Below, piece after piece: positions 10,965 through 19,943 of a stretch of DNA of 54,327 nucleotides. The notes beneath the pieces are model-generated. The model did no database searches, was not told the origin of the DNA, and worked only from the letters and a program-made list of their open reading frames with translations. A program made the position numbers and the translations under genes. How positions within the stretch are numbered: position 1 is the first letter of the stretch; each line of letters opens with the position of its first letter. Source of the stretch: Robiginitomaculum sp. (GTDB taxonomy: Bacteria; Pseudomonadota; Alphaproteobacteria; Caulobacterales; Maricaulaceae); the NCBI GenBank assembly GCA_021776555.1, contig JAJFFR010000261.1, forward strand, positions 1-54,327, given 5' to 3'.

Positions 10965-10997
10965 GAAACTGGCCGGGTTAAACCGGCCAGTTTTTTT
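10965..10997. terminator. Hairpin terminator between convergent genes (possibly bidirectional)
   Basis: Perfect stem aaactggccgg / ccggccagttt with a 4-6 nt loop and a T8 run. It lies between the receptor stop (10919) and the stop of the minus-strand gene (11004). Confidence 0.75.
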
Positions 10998-11003
10998 TAT
11001 GCC

Positions 11004-11828
11004 CTATTCCAAGTGAAACATGGATCGGACATCATCAATTCGGGCCACTGATCGGTTCACAGTATTTGCAAGTTCTGCGCTGTAGCCGACCATCTCAGCA
11101 TTGTTCTGTAGCAAGTCTTGGTCATTCCGAAGAATATTATTCTCGAACCCGACCCGAATATGCCCGCCGTTTCCGGTGGCAAATGCAACACATTGTTTTT
11201 CGTGCAATCCAAACCCGCATATGGCCCAAGGACAGGACAACTCCAATGCCGCGTCCATCATTTTGGCCCGCGCTAGATCTGCATCTGTTGCCAAAGATTG
11301 TTTTCGGCCGATAACCAACAAGACAAATGGAAACTGCATTTCAAATACGCCGCGTGCCAAATAGGAGGTAAAGCGATCAATGTCAGTTTGATCGTACAAA
11401 ATGTATTGTGGGAAAATCCGTTCCTTTTGCATCCACGAAATGAACTCGGCTGTTTCTGGAACCTCTTTTTCGCTTGGGCAAATTTCACGCAAGGCCAAGG
11501 ATACTGCCTCGGGTTTGAGGTCATGAACCATCTGCATTTGTTCAAAACGGGTGTATTTGCCCACCGCTTCGCTGGTTACCTGAATAAGCAATTGATCACC
11601 AACACGCGTCCGGATTGCTGAAATGGCCGAACGGTATTGTTCAACATTCAAGCTATGTTGGTTTTGTTTGTCGCGCACATGAAGGTGCAAAATACTGGCC
11701 CCTTGGGCGACAATTTGTTCAGCACAATCCGCCAGCTCTGCTGGGGAAATAGGCAATGCCGGGTGATCTGATTTCTGTCGCCGCGCCCCGTTGGGTGCCG
11801 ACATGATGATGAGTGGATCAGGCATCAA
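11004..11828 (-). CDS. Beta-keto acid cleavage enzyme family protein (BKACE/DUF849, 3-keto-5-aminohexanoate cleavage-like)
   Basis: 274-aa ORF. N-terminus LIIMSAPNGARR and ILHLHVRD are typical of the DUF849 TIM-barrel Zn enzymes. Overlaps the upstream aminotransferase gene by 11 nt. Confidence 0.78.
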   Translation of the reverse strand: MMPDPLIIMSAPNGARRQKSDHPALPISPAELADCAEQIVAQGASILHLHVRDKQNQHSLNVEQYRSAISAIRTRVGDQLLIQVTSEAVGKYTRFEQMQMVHDLKPEAVSLALREICPSEKEVPETAEFISWMQKERIFPQYILYDQTDIDRFTSYLARGVFEMQFPFVLLVIGRKQSLATDADLARAKMMDAALELSCPWAICGFGLHEKQCVAFATGNGGHIRVGFENNILRNDQDLLQNNAEMVGYSAELANTVNRSVARIDDVRSMFHLE

Positions 11829-13173
11829 ATAATTCCTGAAACATGGTGCTTAGTTTTTTGATCAGTAATTCTGTGTGTTCTTCTTGCAAAATAAAGGGTG
11901 GTGCAAACAAGATATGGCTGCCTAGTCCATCTTGCTCTGAGCCACCACCGGGATAACAAATCAATCCGTGCTTCATGGTGAGTTGGTGAAGTTTTGCGGT
12001 TATTTTTCGAGCATCCGGGAATGGTTGTTTGGTGGCTTTATCTGCCACGATTTCGATTCCTCGAAATAATCCACGGCCTCGAATATCCCCAATGAAGGGG
12101 TGCTGATCAAACTCTGCTTCCAACGCATTTTGTAAGAGAGTTCCTTGCGTGCGGACATTTGTTAGTAAGTCCTCATCGTCAAGACATTGCACGACGGCCA
12201 CGCCAGCCGCACAGGCTGCGGCGTGACCCACATAGGTATGTCCATGAGCAAATCCGGCCTTGGTGCCACCAAACCCTTGGTGAATTTTGCTCCGAACAAT
12301 GGTGGCAGCCAGTGGTTGGTATCCGCCAGCCAAGCCTTTGGCTAAAGTGGTGATGTCCGGCACAAAACTTTCTTGTTCATGTGCATAAAAGGTACCGGTT
12401 CGACCGGTGCCACACATGATCTCGTCGCTGATCAACAGAATATCATACTGATCACAAATTTGTCGAATGCGTTGGAAATACCCGGGTGCGGCCGTTACCA
12501 CGCCCAAAGATGCACCAACTACAGGTTCAGCAATGAAGGCTGCGATGGTTTCAGCGCCTTCACGTTGAATGGTGGCTTCCAGCTGATTGGCCGCACGCAA
12601 GGCGTACATCTCAAGGGTTTCGTTTTCATGTTGATGTCGATAGGCATAACAAGGATCAATCCGGGGCCATTCGATCAATAGGTCTCCCATGTCCCGTCGC
12701 CGGGGGAGATTCCCACTGGCTGATAAGGCACCAAAAGTGTTGCCATGGTAACTGTGTACTCGGCTGATGATTTTCTGTTTGGAGTGTGCGCCCTGGTTGT
12801 GCCAATACTGCCAAGCCATTTTTATGGCTGTTTCATTGGCTTCGGATCCACCAGACGTGAAATACACCTTGGCATCGGGTTCTGCAAATTTACCGGCCAA
12901 AAGGGTGGCCAATTCTTCCTGCGGCTGATTGCTAAAAAAGGCGGTATGAGCAAAGCTCATGGTTTGAACCTGATCGCATAAAGCCTGCACCACTCGAGGG
13001 TGTTGATGGCCAAGGCAGGAAACCGCAGCACCGCCGCTCATATCAAGATAGGATTTTCCTGTTTCATCAAAAATATACATCCCTTCGGACCGTACCGCTG
13101 TGGGGTAGGTTTTTCCGATATTCCGGTAAAAAACCGAACTCATGATCATTGCCTCATCCTGCAAGTATGACAT
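11818..13173 (-). CDS. Class-III (omega) PLP-dependent aminotransferase
   Basis: 451-aa ORF. Motifs SGGSEANE, DEIMCGTGRTG and the PLP-lysine context ITTLAKGLAGGY. An alternative start at 13149 (MIMSSVF...) has a better AGGATGAGG SD. Confidence 0.9.
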   Translation of the reverse strand: MSYLQDEAMIMSSVFYRNIGKTYPTAVRSEGMYIFDETGKSYLDMSGGAAVSCLGHQHPRVVQALCDQVQTMSFAHTAFFSNQPQEELATLLAGKFAEPDAKVYFTSGGSEANETAIKMAWQYWHNQGAHSKQKIISRVHSYHGNTFGALSASGNLPRRRDMGDLLIEWPRIDPCYAYRHQHENETLEMYALRAANQLEATIQREGAETIAAFIAEPVVGASLGVVTAAPGYFQRIRQICDQYDILLISDEIMCGTGRTGTFYAHEQESFVPDITTLAKGLAGGYQPLAATIVRSKIHQGFGGTKAGFAHGHTYVGHAAACAAGVAVVQCLDDEDLLTNVRTQGTLLQNALEAEFDQHPFIGDIRGRGLFRGIEIVADKATKQPFPDARKITAKLHQLTMKHGLICYPGGGSEQDGLGSHILFAPPFILQEEHTELLIKKLSTMFQELFDA

Positions 13174-13262
13174 GAAAGTCTATGTTCCAAATTTAGCAAT
13201 TGTCTAGCCATATTGGTTCATCATGCGTGGAAAAGAAGTTGAAATTATTTTTTAGGGTGTGT

Positions 13263-14318
13263 CTAACAAGCGGGTTGAAAAAAAAGGCAAATTGCCTTTT
13301 TTAACTGAGTTCCAACATCCTGATTGCTGCCCTTTGATAGGGCGTCCAGTTTATTGGCAAACCATTCGTTGTTTTCAAAAAGAGAAAAAGCTCCCGGGCT
13401 TTGCCCTGGCTCATTGTGCAATGAGGCCGGCAATGTTTTTTCAAAGGACTCCAGTTTGGCCTCGGTTGATTGCGCTTGTCGCGCTAGTTGAATTGCATCA
13501 GAGAGATTAGCCAATGCAAAGGTACAGTTTAGGTGCGGGTTGTAGAGGTGGCTTGCCGCGCCCAGTCGATGCTCCACCCGGCAATTCTGCCGCCAGTTTT
13601 GCCCGATGGGTTGGTTGTGTTTGTCTATCTGCTGGTAAAAGGCAATGCTGCCTTGGTGACTACCCGACAAATCATGTGGCGAGCTTAATTCTTTGTGCAG
13701 ATTATGTTCATCTTTTAACTGAAATCGTGCAAATGCCTCATCTTCGGGCGCAAAAAATAAACAACACGTGTGGCTTGTGATCAGTAGCCTGTTTTGCAGA
13801 ATTTCACCCAAACCATCTTGCAGCAAGGCGTTGTCACCTTGTGTATTTATTGCGCTGATATTTAACTGAATGGCATTGGGGATATGGACCGGTTTTTCGA
13901 GTGAAACATCCGATTGGTCCTTTTCCAACAAAGGCCGATTAGGGAGGGTTCCTGCCCATAAGACAGGTTGGATTGATACGTCTTTGGCGCCGTGTTGCTG
14001 CAACAGGGGTGGAGCCAGTACCATGATATCTGCAAGGTCTTGTGCGGCCTTTGCTGGAGATTGTCCCTCCATGTTTGCAGCCCATTCCCATTGGTATTCC
14101 CAATACTCGGGTTTGAATTTTCCTTGGATGTTTTTTTGTTTAAGAGTCCGGTTTATCGCCGGGAAATCCAGAAAATGTTCCTGCTCCGAATCGGAATTAT
14201 TGGCGGGCAGACATGTGCCTTCCAATTCAAATTGGACAATCGGTACCAAATCCATTGCAGCAATATCTTCTTGAAGCAATTGTATCGCTACTTTGGACAG
14301 CCGGGTGATCTGCTCCAT
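13263..14318 (-). CDS. Hypothetical protein, possibly a divergent glutamine-synthetase/glutamate-cysteine-ligase-like carboxylate-amine ligase fold
   Basis: 351-aa ORF, 4 nt downstream of the ovoA-like gene. By eye, VQFELEG, KPEYWEYQWEW, IQLNISA, FFAPEDEAFARF and RVEHRLGAASHLYNPHL resemble the ordered GS catalytic-domain motifs (EFEL, E-x-QxE, H-x-S, NSYxR, RxExR...NPYL). This is weak and unverified. Confidence 0.55.
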   Translation of the reverse strand: MEQITRLSKVAIQLLQEDIAAMDLVPIVQFELEGTCLPANNSDSEQEHFLDFPAINRTLKQKNIQGKFKPEYWEYQWEWAANMEGQSPAKAAQDLADIMVLAPPLLQQHGAKDVSIQPVLWAGTLPNRPLLEKDQSDVSLEKPVHIPNAIQLNISAINTQGDNALLQDGLGEILQNRLLITSHTCCLFFAPEDEAFARFQLKDEHNLHKELSSPHDLSGSHQGSIAFYQQIDKHNQPIGQNWRQNCRVEHRLGAASHLYNPHLNCTFALANLSDAIQLARQAQSTEAKLESFEKTLPASLHNEPGQSPGAFSLFENNEWFANKLDALSKGSNQDVGTQLKKAICLFFQPAC

Positions 14319-14322
14319 GAGT

Positions 14323-15735
14323 TTATCCGGTCGTGCTCACATAGCGCAGTCCAGCATGTTGGAAAAAATGGCGACGAAATGCATAGCGCGAATCCCGGAT
14401 CGCATAGTTCCCGGTCGAAGCCCAGCAGCCGCCCTTGAACACATTATGACGCCCGTCAAAAGTTGGTGAAGAGAAATCATCATAAGCCGGGTGCGGGGTG
14501 AAGCCGTCAAACCCCTCAAACTCTGTATTGGTCCATTGCCAGACATTGCCGATAAGATCAAAAAAACCGTCTGCAAATTCAAACTCTGTTATCGGGCATG
14601 AAGACACGTAGTGCTCTAGATTGATATTGCCGGGCGCTTGTGCCCAGTCCGGTTGGTCGGCGGTTAGTTTTTCCCGCAACAGGGTCCATTCGGCCTCTGA
14701 GGGCAATCGGATATTCTTGCCAGTGGTTTCTGATTTCCAGCAACAAAAGGCTTCAGCTTCCAAATAGTTGATATCGACCGGCCAATCCCATGGCATATCA
14801 AACTCTTCGAGCATGGAGCGATAAAGATAAGTACCCTTGGCAGGTCGCCAGAACCGTGGATGTTCAGCCTTAGTAAATGTACGCCATTTCCACCCTTCGT
14901 CCGACCAGTATTGTTTATTTTGATAGCCGCCAGTTTGAACAAACTCTAAGAACTCCTGATTGGAAACCACGTATTTTGAGGCTTGAAACGGGGCAACGGT
15001 TTCGGTGCGTGAACCGTATTCATTATCCCAGCCATAAATCGGATTTTCGTCAGATTTGCCTTGTTGTATAGTGCCACCCGAAACGGCAATGAGTTGATTG
15101 ACCGGTGCTGTGCCGCTTGACATACATCGGGTCCATCTCGGCTGTTGCTGGACTGACTCCAAGGGTAATTCGCGTATCAAAACAGACGTGGTTTCCAAAT
15201 GAATACGTTCATGCTCAATGCCCATCAGAATAATCCATAGCGGATCGGTTTGGGTGATGGGCAGTTTGATCTCGCAATGGCGAATAAAATTATCAACCAA
15301 GTCCCTTACCTTGTCGCGGTATTGCCCAACCTGTTCGACGCTTGGCCAGTTATAGTGGCTTTGATCCAGATCATCCCAAGACATTTCATCGACGCCAATG
15401 GCTAGAATTTCCTCGAGATACGGATCAACGGACCCTTTGAGCAAATTGGAGATATTCAGTTTGTTGAGGTAAAATACTGCCGTGTGGCCAAAGTAAAATA
15501 TCAGCGGGTGCCGTAATGAATTGGGGCGGTCAAAAAACACAGAGGAGTCCCGCAAACAGCTATAAATGTCCTCATATTGGGAAAATGTATCATGAAAATA
15601 CTTCAACACCTCGGCTCGCTTGGCTTCCACATCAACGCCACCGAGATAAGGCGTTTTGGTAATGACGGTTTGTTTGGCGTCAGATGCAATATCGTACGTT
15701 TTATGGTTCACGGAATTGTCCTCTTTAGGCTTCAT
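14323..15735 (-). CDS. ovoA: 5-histidylcysteine sulfoxide synthase-like (OvoA N-terminal type: DinB-like plus FGE-sulfatase domains), with no C-terminal methyltransferase domain
   Basis: 470-aa ORF. LRHPLIFYFGHTAVFYLNKL and IEHERIHLETTS (iron-binding H-x3-H-x-E). FGE-sulfatase-type GNVWQWT and FKGGCWAS near the C-terminus. ATGA overlap with the upstream TetR gene. Confidence 0.75.
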   Translation of the reverse strand: MKPKEDNSVNHKTYDIASDAKQTVITKTPYLGGVDVEAKRAEVLKYFHDTFSQYEDIYSCLRDSSVFFDRPNSLRHPLIFYFGHTAVFYLNKLNISNLLKGSVDPYLEEILAIGVDEMSWDDLDQSHYNWPSVEQVGQYRDKVRDLVDNFIRHCEIKLPITQTDPLWIILMGIEHERIHLETTSVLIRELPLESVQQQPRWTRCMSSGTAPVNQLIAVSGGTIQQGKSDENPIYGWDNEYGSRTETVAPFQASKYVVSNQEFLEFVQTGGYQNKQYWSDEGWKWRTFTKAEHPRFWRPAKGTYLYRSMLEEFDMPWDWPVDINYLEAEAFCCWKSETTGKNIRLPSEAEWTLLREKLTADQPDWAQAPGNINLEHYVSSCPITEFEFADGFFDLIGNVWQWTNTEFEGFDGFTPHPAYDDFSSPTFDGRHNVFKGGCWASTGNYAIRDSRYAFRRHFFQHAGLRYVSTTG

Positions 15736-16367
15736 CTTGTCGGGGGGGTGGTTTGTTCAAGGAATTGATTTGGGTCCAAAAATGTTGTCACCCAGTCGCT
15801 GACCCCATGTAGGCGGTCTAGATCACCCATGGATTGTGCGACAACCATCGCGCCGCTAAGCGTCGAAAAAATTATCTTTGCCGCCTCAGCTGCTGATGAG
15901 GAAAATACAAATTCCCCATTTATTTTTCCAGCGTGCAAGGTTTTGGTCAGCCATAGATCGTTCACATGGAAGAAAAGCATCAGCTCCTCTTTCACAGATT
16001 CTGGCAGTGACTCAATTCCGGCTGCCAACATGACGGCCAAGCAGATTTTATGCTTTTTCTCCAAGGTGTCCCGGAAAAGCATAATATAGCTCTGCAATTT
16101 TTGCTGCGCGGCGTTATGGTTTTTATCAATGTCAGCCAATGCAGTGGTAAAACTGGCTCTGTATTGTGCAATGACAGTACGGCCTAGATCAGCCTTGGTT
16201 GGAAAGTGATGATGAATTGTTGCTTTACACACACCCAAAGCGGCAGCCAGATCAGCATAGCTAAAGCCATTATAGCCTTTGCGCTGCATTTGGTCCTGCG
16301 CGAGTTCCAATAATTTGGCCCGGGTATCCATAAAGCGCAACCAACCAACTAATTGGTCAGTCGTCAA
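15732..16367 (-). CDS. TetR/AcrR family transcriptional regulator
   Basis: 211-aa ORF. HTH segment GYNGFSYADLAAALGVCKATIHHHFPTKADL. Alternative start at 16331 (MDTRAKL). Confidence 0.9.
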   Translation of the reverse strand: MTTDQLVGWLRFMDTRAKLLELAQDQMQRKGYNGFSYADLAAALGVCKATIHHHFPTKADLGRTVIAQYRASFTTALADIDKNHNAAQQKLQSYIMLFRDTLEKKHKICLAVMLAAGIESLPESVKEELMLFFHVNDLWLTKTLHAGKINGEFVFSSSAAEAAKIIFSTLSGAMVVAQSMGDLDRLHGVSDWVTTFLDPNQFLEQTTPPTR

Positions 16368-16395
16368 GGATGTTCTGGTAACGTTCTTGTGATCC

Positions 16396-16833
16396 TTAGT
16401 GGATCAAACCGCCTGCCATGACAACTCCTAATCCCAATAATGCCAGTAGGCTGATGCCAAAAAATACGGACCGAGCCAGTTTGATGTTGAACCAATAACA
16501 CAACATATAGGCACCGCGCATCGCGACATAGAGCGTAGCCATTCGGCCCAACCAAAGTGGATCGGATTTTGATAAAATGCCAATGAGCGTAAACAAAATG
16601 AAGATCGCTACGCTTTCGTTCATATTGGCCGTGGCCCGTGTGGCCCTGAACACAAAGCGGGCATGGTCGGTTGGGACGGGAGCGCCAGGGATATGTCCGG
16701 CGCGCAATCCTGCCAAGTCCGTAACCAATAATTGTAAAAACAATAAGCCGCCGGCGATCCCCATCGCCAAACCGGTTTGATGATATGCAGCAATCTCTTC
16801 CATGATGCCCTCTTCGTTGATCCCGGATACCAA
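16396..16833 (-). CDS. MAPEG family membrane protein (glutathione S-transferase-like)
   Basis: 145-aa ORF with about 4 TM segments. FRATRATANMNESVAIF resembles the MAPEG R-x3-N-x2-E core. Alternative start at 16803. Confidence 0.65.
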   Translation of the reverse strand: MVSGINEEGIMEEIAAYHQTGLAMGIAGGLLFLQLLVTDLAGLRAGHIPGAPVPTDHARFVFRATRATANMNESVAIFILFTLIGILSKSDPLWLGRMATLYVAMRGAYMLCYWFNIKLARSVFFGISLLALLGLGVVMAGGLIH

Positions 16834-16962
16834 CCTTGTTGGATAAGGTTGGCAAACCGAAAATTACAAGAATGAGGAGCATATTTAGAAAACAAACCGA
16901 CAATCAACCAAGGGCTTTGAATAGCGCCTATGCGATCTTGATCAGCGGGCATATGGAACGCC

Positions 16963-18078
16963 TTATCGGACGTTCAGATAGTCCAATCTTTTTTTGCCGA
17001 TGATGCTGATCCGAAACGGCCCATCATCGTCAATGCCGGATAAACTGCCGGACATCAAGCCATCGGCCAATATCTCAACCCGGATATGATTGCCGCCGGT
17101 GTCAGTTTCTTCCAACAACATGGTATTGGCGCGGGTGTGGGCAAGGCGACCATCTATGGGTGACAATTCTTTGGGGCGAACCGGGCCTCCGGCTTCATAT
17201 AACCCAAAAGCCAGCACACCGTTCTGGGTTTCGACCCAAGCGGGTAGGTCTCCATTAAAGTTGGCATCTGACCCACTTTGTACGGTGCGGATTTTTAGAT
17301 CCCAAAGTCCGTTTACCGCAGCTTCAGCAAATACAGGACCCAATTCTGTGTTTCTCAATAAATTATTCTGCAGAGAATAAATATATAACTGCTCGGGCGT
17401 GTGCCACGGCTTCCAGCTTACATCAAGATCCAGTCGGGCGCCTCGCCAATAGGCGACATGAACCAATGCAATGCAGTCTAGTCCAGCAGAATCATCATAA
17501 CTTGTCAGTGATTTTGCTTCTTGGATTCCCTCCTGCCAAAAGGAAATACCTTCTCTGACCTCGGGCATGCGGGTGGTGGTCGCCAATTGCCAATGACTTC
17601 CATCATAAGGCACATGTGCCATGGCTGCCTTTAAGGCTTCTTCGACCACGTTCCATCTTCTGCTATCACCAGTTGCCAATGCGGGCCAACGCATTGCCCC
17701 ACCAGTTTTTGCTTCCCAACGCAGCGCGTTTTTCAAGGTTGTTGATTGACCGGTTGGCATATAGCCGGTGAATTGTTCGACAAAGGATCGAACCCGCACA
17801 CCTTTGCCGCCCATGGAATCCACTACCAGAAAAGAATTTTTTAGCCCATGATCGCGTGAGCGAATGATGGTTTCGTCAAATGCCTGTTTGTATTTGGCTT
17901 GCAGATTGGCCGGGAGGCCGGTCCATTTGCCGATATAAATACCGGCATGCCCTGGGAAATTGACCACATTCCCAAAAACAATATCACCGGGAACCATACC
18001 AGTTTCATCGGCTTCGATTGCCATGGATGGACTTGCCATCAGCCACATAAATACAAACAGTCTGAGGAAGTTTTTCAT
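16963..18078 (-). CDS. Secreted permuted papain-like/NlpC-P60 superfamily protein (YaeF/YiiX C92-like order: His before Cys)
   Basis: The ORF track extends to 18300. I place the start at 18078 (MKNFLRLFVFMWLMASPSMA signal peptide). GDIVFGN...PGHAGIYIG precedes SAGLDCIALVHVAYW, which is the reverse of the canonical NlpC/P60 order. An extra C-terminal ~130 aa domain is present. Confidence 0.6.
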   Translation of the reverse strand: MKNFLRLFVFMWLMASPSMAIEADETGMVPGDIVFGNVVNFPGHAGIYIGKWTGLPANLQAKYKQAFDETIIRSRDHGLKNSFLVVDSMGGKGVRVRSFVEQFTGYMPTGQSTTLKNALRWEAKTGGAMRWPALATGDSRRWNVVEEALKAAMAHVPYDGSHWQLATTTRMPEVREGISFWQEGIQEAKSLTSYDDSAGLDCIALVHVAYWRGARLDLDVSWKPWHTPEQLYIYSLQNNLLRNTELGPVFAEAAVNGLWDLKIRTVQSGSDANFNGDLPAWVETQNGVLAFGLYEAGGPVRPKELSPIDGRLAHTRANTMLLEETDTGGNHIRVEILADGLMSGSLSGIDDDGPFRISIIGKKRLDYLNVR

Positions 18079-18122
18079 GAGTGTTTTCCAGAGTATTTTG
18101 AATGAACGTCCGCCATTGAGGC

Positions 18123-18683
18123 TTAGCAATTCCCGCCGTTCCACCCGGGCTTGGAGACACATTTTCCACCGGCTACGCCATATAAAGCTTGTCGGCTGAG
18201 GCAATAATTCACGGCGCAAGGTTGTCGGGTCGGTGCAACCCGATGATTGGATTTGCACAGTGAAGTGCTCATCCGCATGGTGATGGTGCAATTTGGGCAA
18301 GCGCCGTTGTTTTTGATCAATTGAAGCAGGCCAAGGCGGGTTTCATTGTCTGAGACACGCCAAGATTGGGTCCAGCTTTGCTTGCCCTTATTGGTTTTTT
18401 GCTCAAACTGCCATTTGTCCCATGCGCTGGGCCTCGAATAAGAAAAGCCTTCAAACCCGAAACCGTTTGCGATCATGGTCAAGGTAAAGGTGCCTGGACC
18501 CATCACGCCGATTTCTTGTTGAAACATGTTTGGACTGGACGACTCGTAAAGCGTCCACGTGCGTGAATCGTTCAGACAATGAAATAACTGCCCGCTATTT
18601 TGCTGGGCCAGTGCGGCAGAAGAAGAAGTAAACAGAAATAAGAATATACCTGAAATCAGATTGAATTTTGGTTTTTGAAACAT
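18123..18683 (-). CDS. Secreted hypothetical protein with a Cys-rich C-terminus
   Basis: Start placed at 18683 (MFQKPKFNLISGIFLFLFTSSSAALAQ signal peptide; the ORF track extends to 18776). The C-terminal 60 aa contain 7 Cys. No family recognised. Confidence 0.6.
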   Translation of the reverse strand: MFQKPKFNLISGIFLFLFTSSSAALAQQNSGQLFHCLNDSRTWTLYESSSPNMFQQEIGVMGPGTFTLTMIANGFGFEGFSYSRPSAWDKWQFEQKTNKGKQSWTQSWRVSDNETRLGLLQLIKNNGACPNCTITMRMSTSLCKSNHRVAPTRQPCAVNYCLSRQALYGVAGGKCVSKPGWNGGNC

Positions 18684-18738
18684 GGTTTTTCCCTTTGAAG
18701 TTTTGGGTGAGGCCAACGCTTGGGATGGCCCCACTTGT

Positions 18739-19164
18739 TCATCTGATATTGGCCCGCCAAGGACCGGTATACCCATTGGAGCACGTGTATGAGCCGCTCA
18801 CTCGATACGGTATGCCATTGGTGACATCGCGAACTTTATAGGTGCCGGTATAGGTGCAAGACACGCCGCCTGCGGCTGTCGGCCGGATAACGGTTACGGT
18901 CGAGCCAGCTTTGGTAATGGTGATTTGCGATTGAAACCCGGCGACCCGTGGATGAGTCCAATAGGCATTCCATACGTTGGAGTTACAAGTTTGGCGCACA
19001 AAGCGGAAATTCCATTCACAAGCGGCACCATATTCGCAGCCAATCCACGAACTACCAAGGTCATCGCAGGGCAGCGCCGCTGCCGGACTTGCAGCAAAAA
19101 AAGCCATGCCGGTAAAAACCAACCCGGAGGCCATTCCAAGAAATGTTTTGTTTCGTTTGGGCAT
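18739..19164 (-). CDS. Small secreted hypothetical protein
   Basis: 141-aa ORF. Signal peptide ...AASPAAALP and several Cys pairs. Co-directional with the two genes downstream of it. No family recognised. Confidence 0.6.
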   Translation of the reverse strand: MPKRNKTFLGMASGLVFTGMAFFAASPAAALPCDDLGSSWIGCEYGAACEWNFRFVRQTCNSNVWNAYWTHPRVAGFQSQITITKAGSTVTVIRPTAAGGVSCTYTGTYKVRDVTNGIPYRVSGSYTCSNGYTGPWRANIR

Positions 19165-19291
19165 AATTGCCTCCCATCTGTGTCGACCCTCACAACAAGA
19201 TTATTTGCGCCATTATCCTTTTTCTATTAGCATTCCTGCGTATATTCACCGAGATTTTGGATGTACGTATTCCGGTTGGAAACTGAAATTC

Positions 19292-19918
19292 ATGATTGAT
19301 TTCAAAGAAATGCGAATTTTAATAGCCGAAGATCATGCGTTGGTTCGCCAAGGTATGGCAGCGCTGATTGCCACCGAAGTGCGAGAAGTAGTTGAGGCAA
19401 AGGATGGTGAGGAAGCGCTGGATTTTCTCAAGAAGGAGAAATTTGATCTGGCCTTGATTGACATTGGCTTGCCGCTTCGTACCGGTATGGATGTATTGTG
19501 TGAGGTTCGCCGTCGGGAAATTCCGGTAAAAATCATTGTTCTTACTGGTGATACCGATCGCTATTCTCCTGCTACCGTTTATGCTGCCGGGGCTGACGGG
19601 TTTCTGTACAAGACAGCTGACGCAGATCATTTTATGGCGATCTTTAGCGCTGTGGCAAAAGGTAGCCGTTTACCCACAACTGATGATGAGGATGGTCACA
19701 ATGCTGGTGCGGTGGCCAATTTGCGCGATGGTTTGACTGCAAGAGAATTGCAAATCGTCAAGCTGGTCGCCGAAGGTCAAAGCAATAAGCAAGCGGCTTC
19801 GACGTTGTGTATCAGTGAACATACGGTGCGAAAGCACCGCGAGCATATCAATCGGAAATTGGAGATTTCGTCACCAACTGCGTTGTCGACCTTTGCCATC
19901 AAGGCGGGTCTTGTTTGA
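19292..19918 (+). CDS. NarL/FixJ (LuxR-type HTH) response regulator
   Basis: The ORF track starts at 18977, but that extension is antisense to the previous gene. Start taken at ATG 19292 (or 19310, MRILIAEDH). Receiver motifs IAED, DLALIDIGLP and FLYKTA. C-terminal LTARELQIVKLVAEGQSNKQAASTLCISEHTVRKHREHI. Confidence 0.9.
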   Translation: MIDFKEMRILIAEDHALVRQGMAALIATEVREVVEAKDGEEALDFLKKEKFDLALIDIGLPLRTGMDVLCEVRRREIPVKIIVLTGDTDRYSPATVYAAGADGFLYKTADADHFMAIFSAVAKGSRLPTTDDEDGHNAGAVANLRDGLTARELQIVKLVAEGQSNKQAASTLCISEHTVRKHREHINRKLEISSPTALSTFAIKAGLV

Positions 19919-19943
19919 TTGGCCAGTGCGCTCAGGCACGCAC

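Noticed and set aside
13250-13263. A shared 13-mer ttttagggtgtgt at 13250-13263 and 22487-22500, both near gene ends.
   Set aside because: A single 13-nt match is expected by chance several times in a 54-kb window searched on both strands, and there is no extended similarity around it.
18079-18300. N-terminal extensions given by the ORF track (16963..18300, 18123..18776, 18977..19918, 33363.., 33793.., 36944.., 47256..47648, 47368..).
   Set aside because: In each case an internal ATG with a better SD begins an obvious signal peptide or the conserved N-terminus. The extension overlaps a neighbouring gene or its antisense strand.
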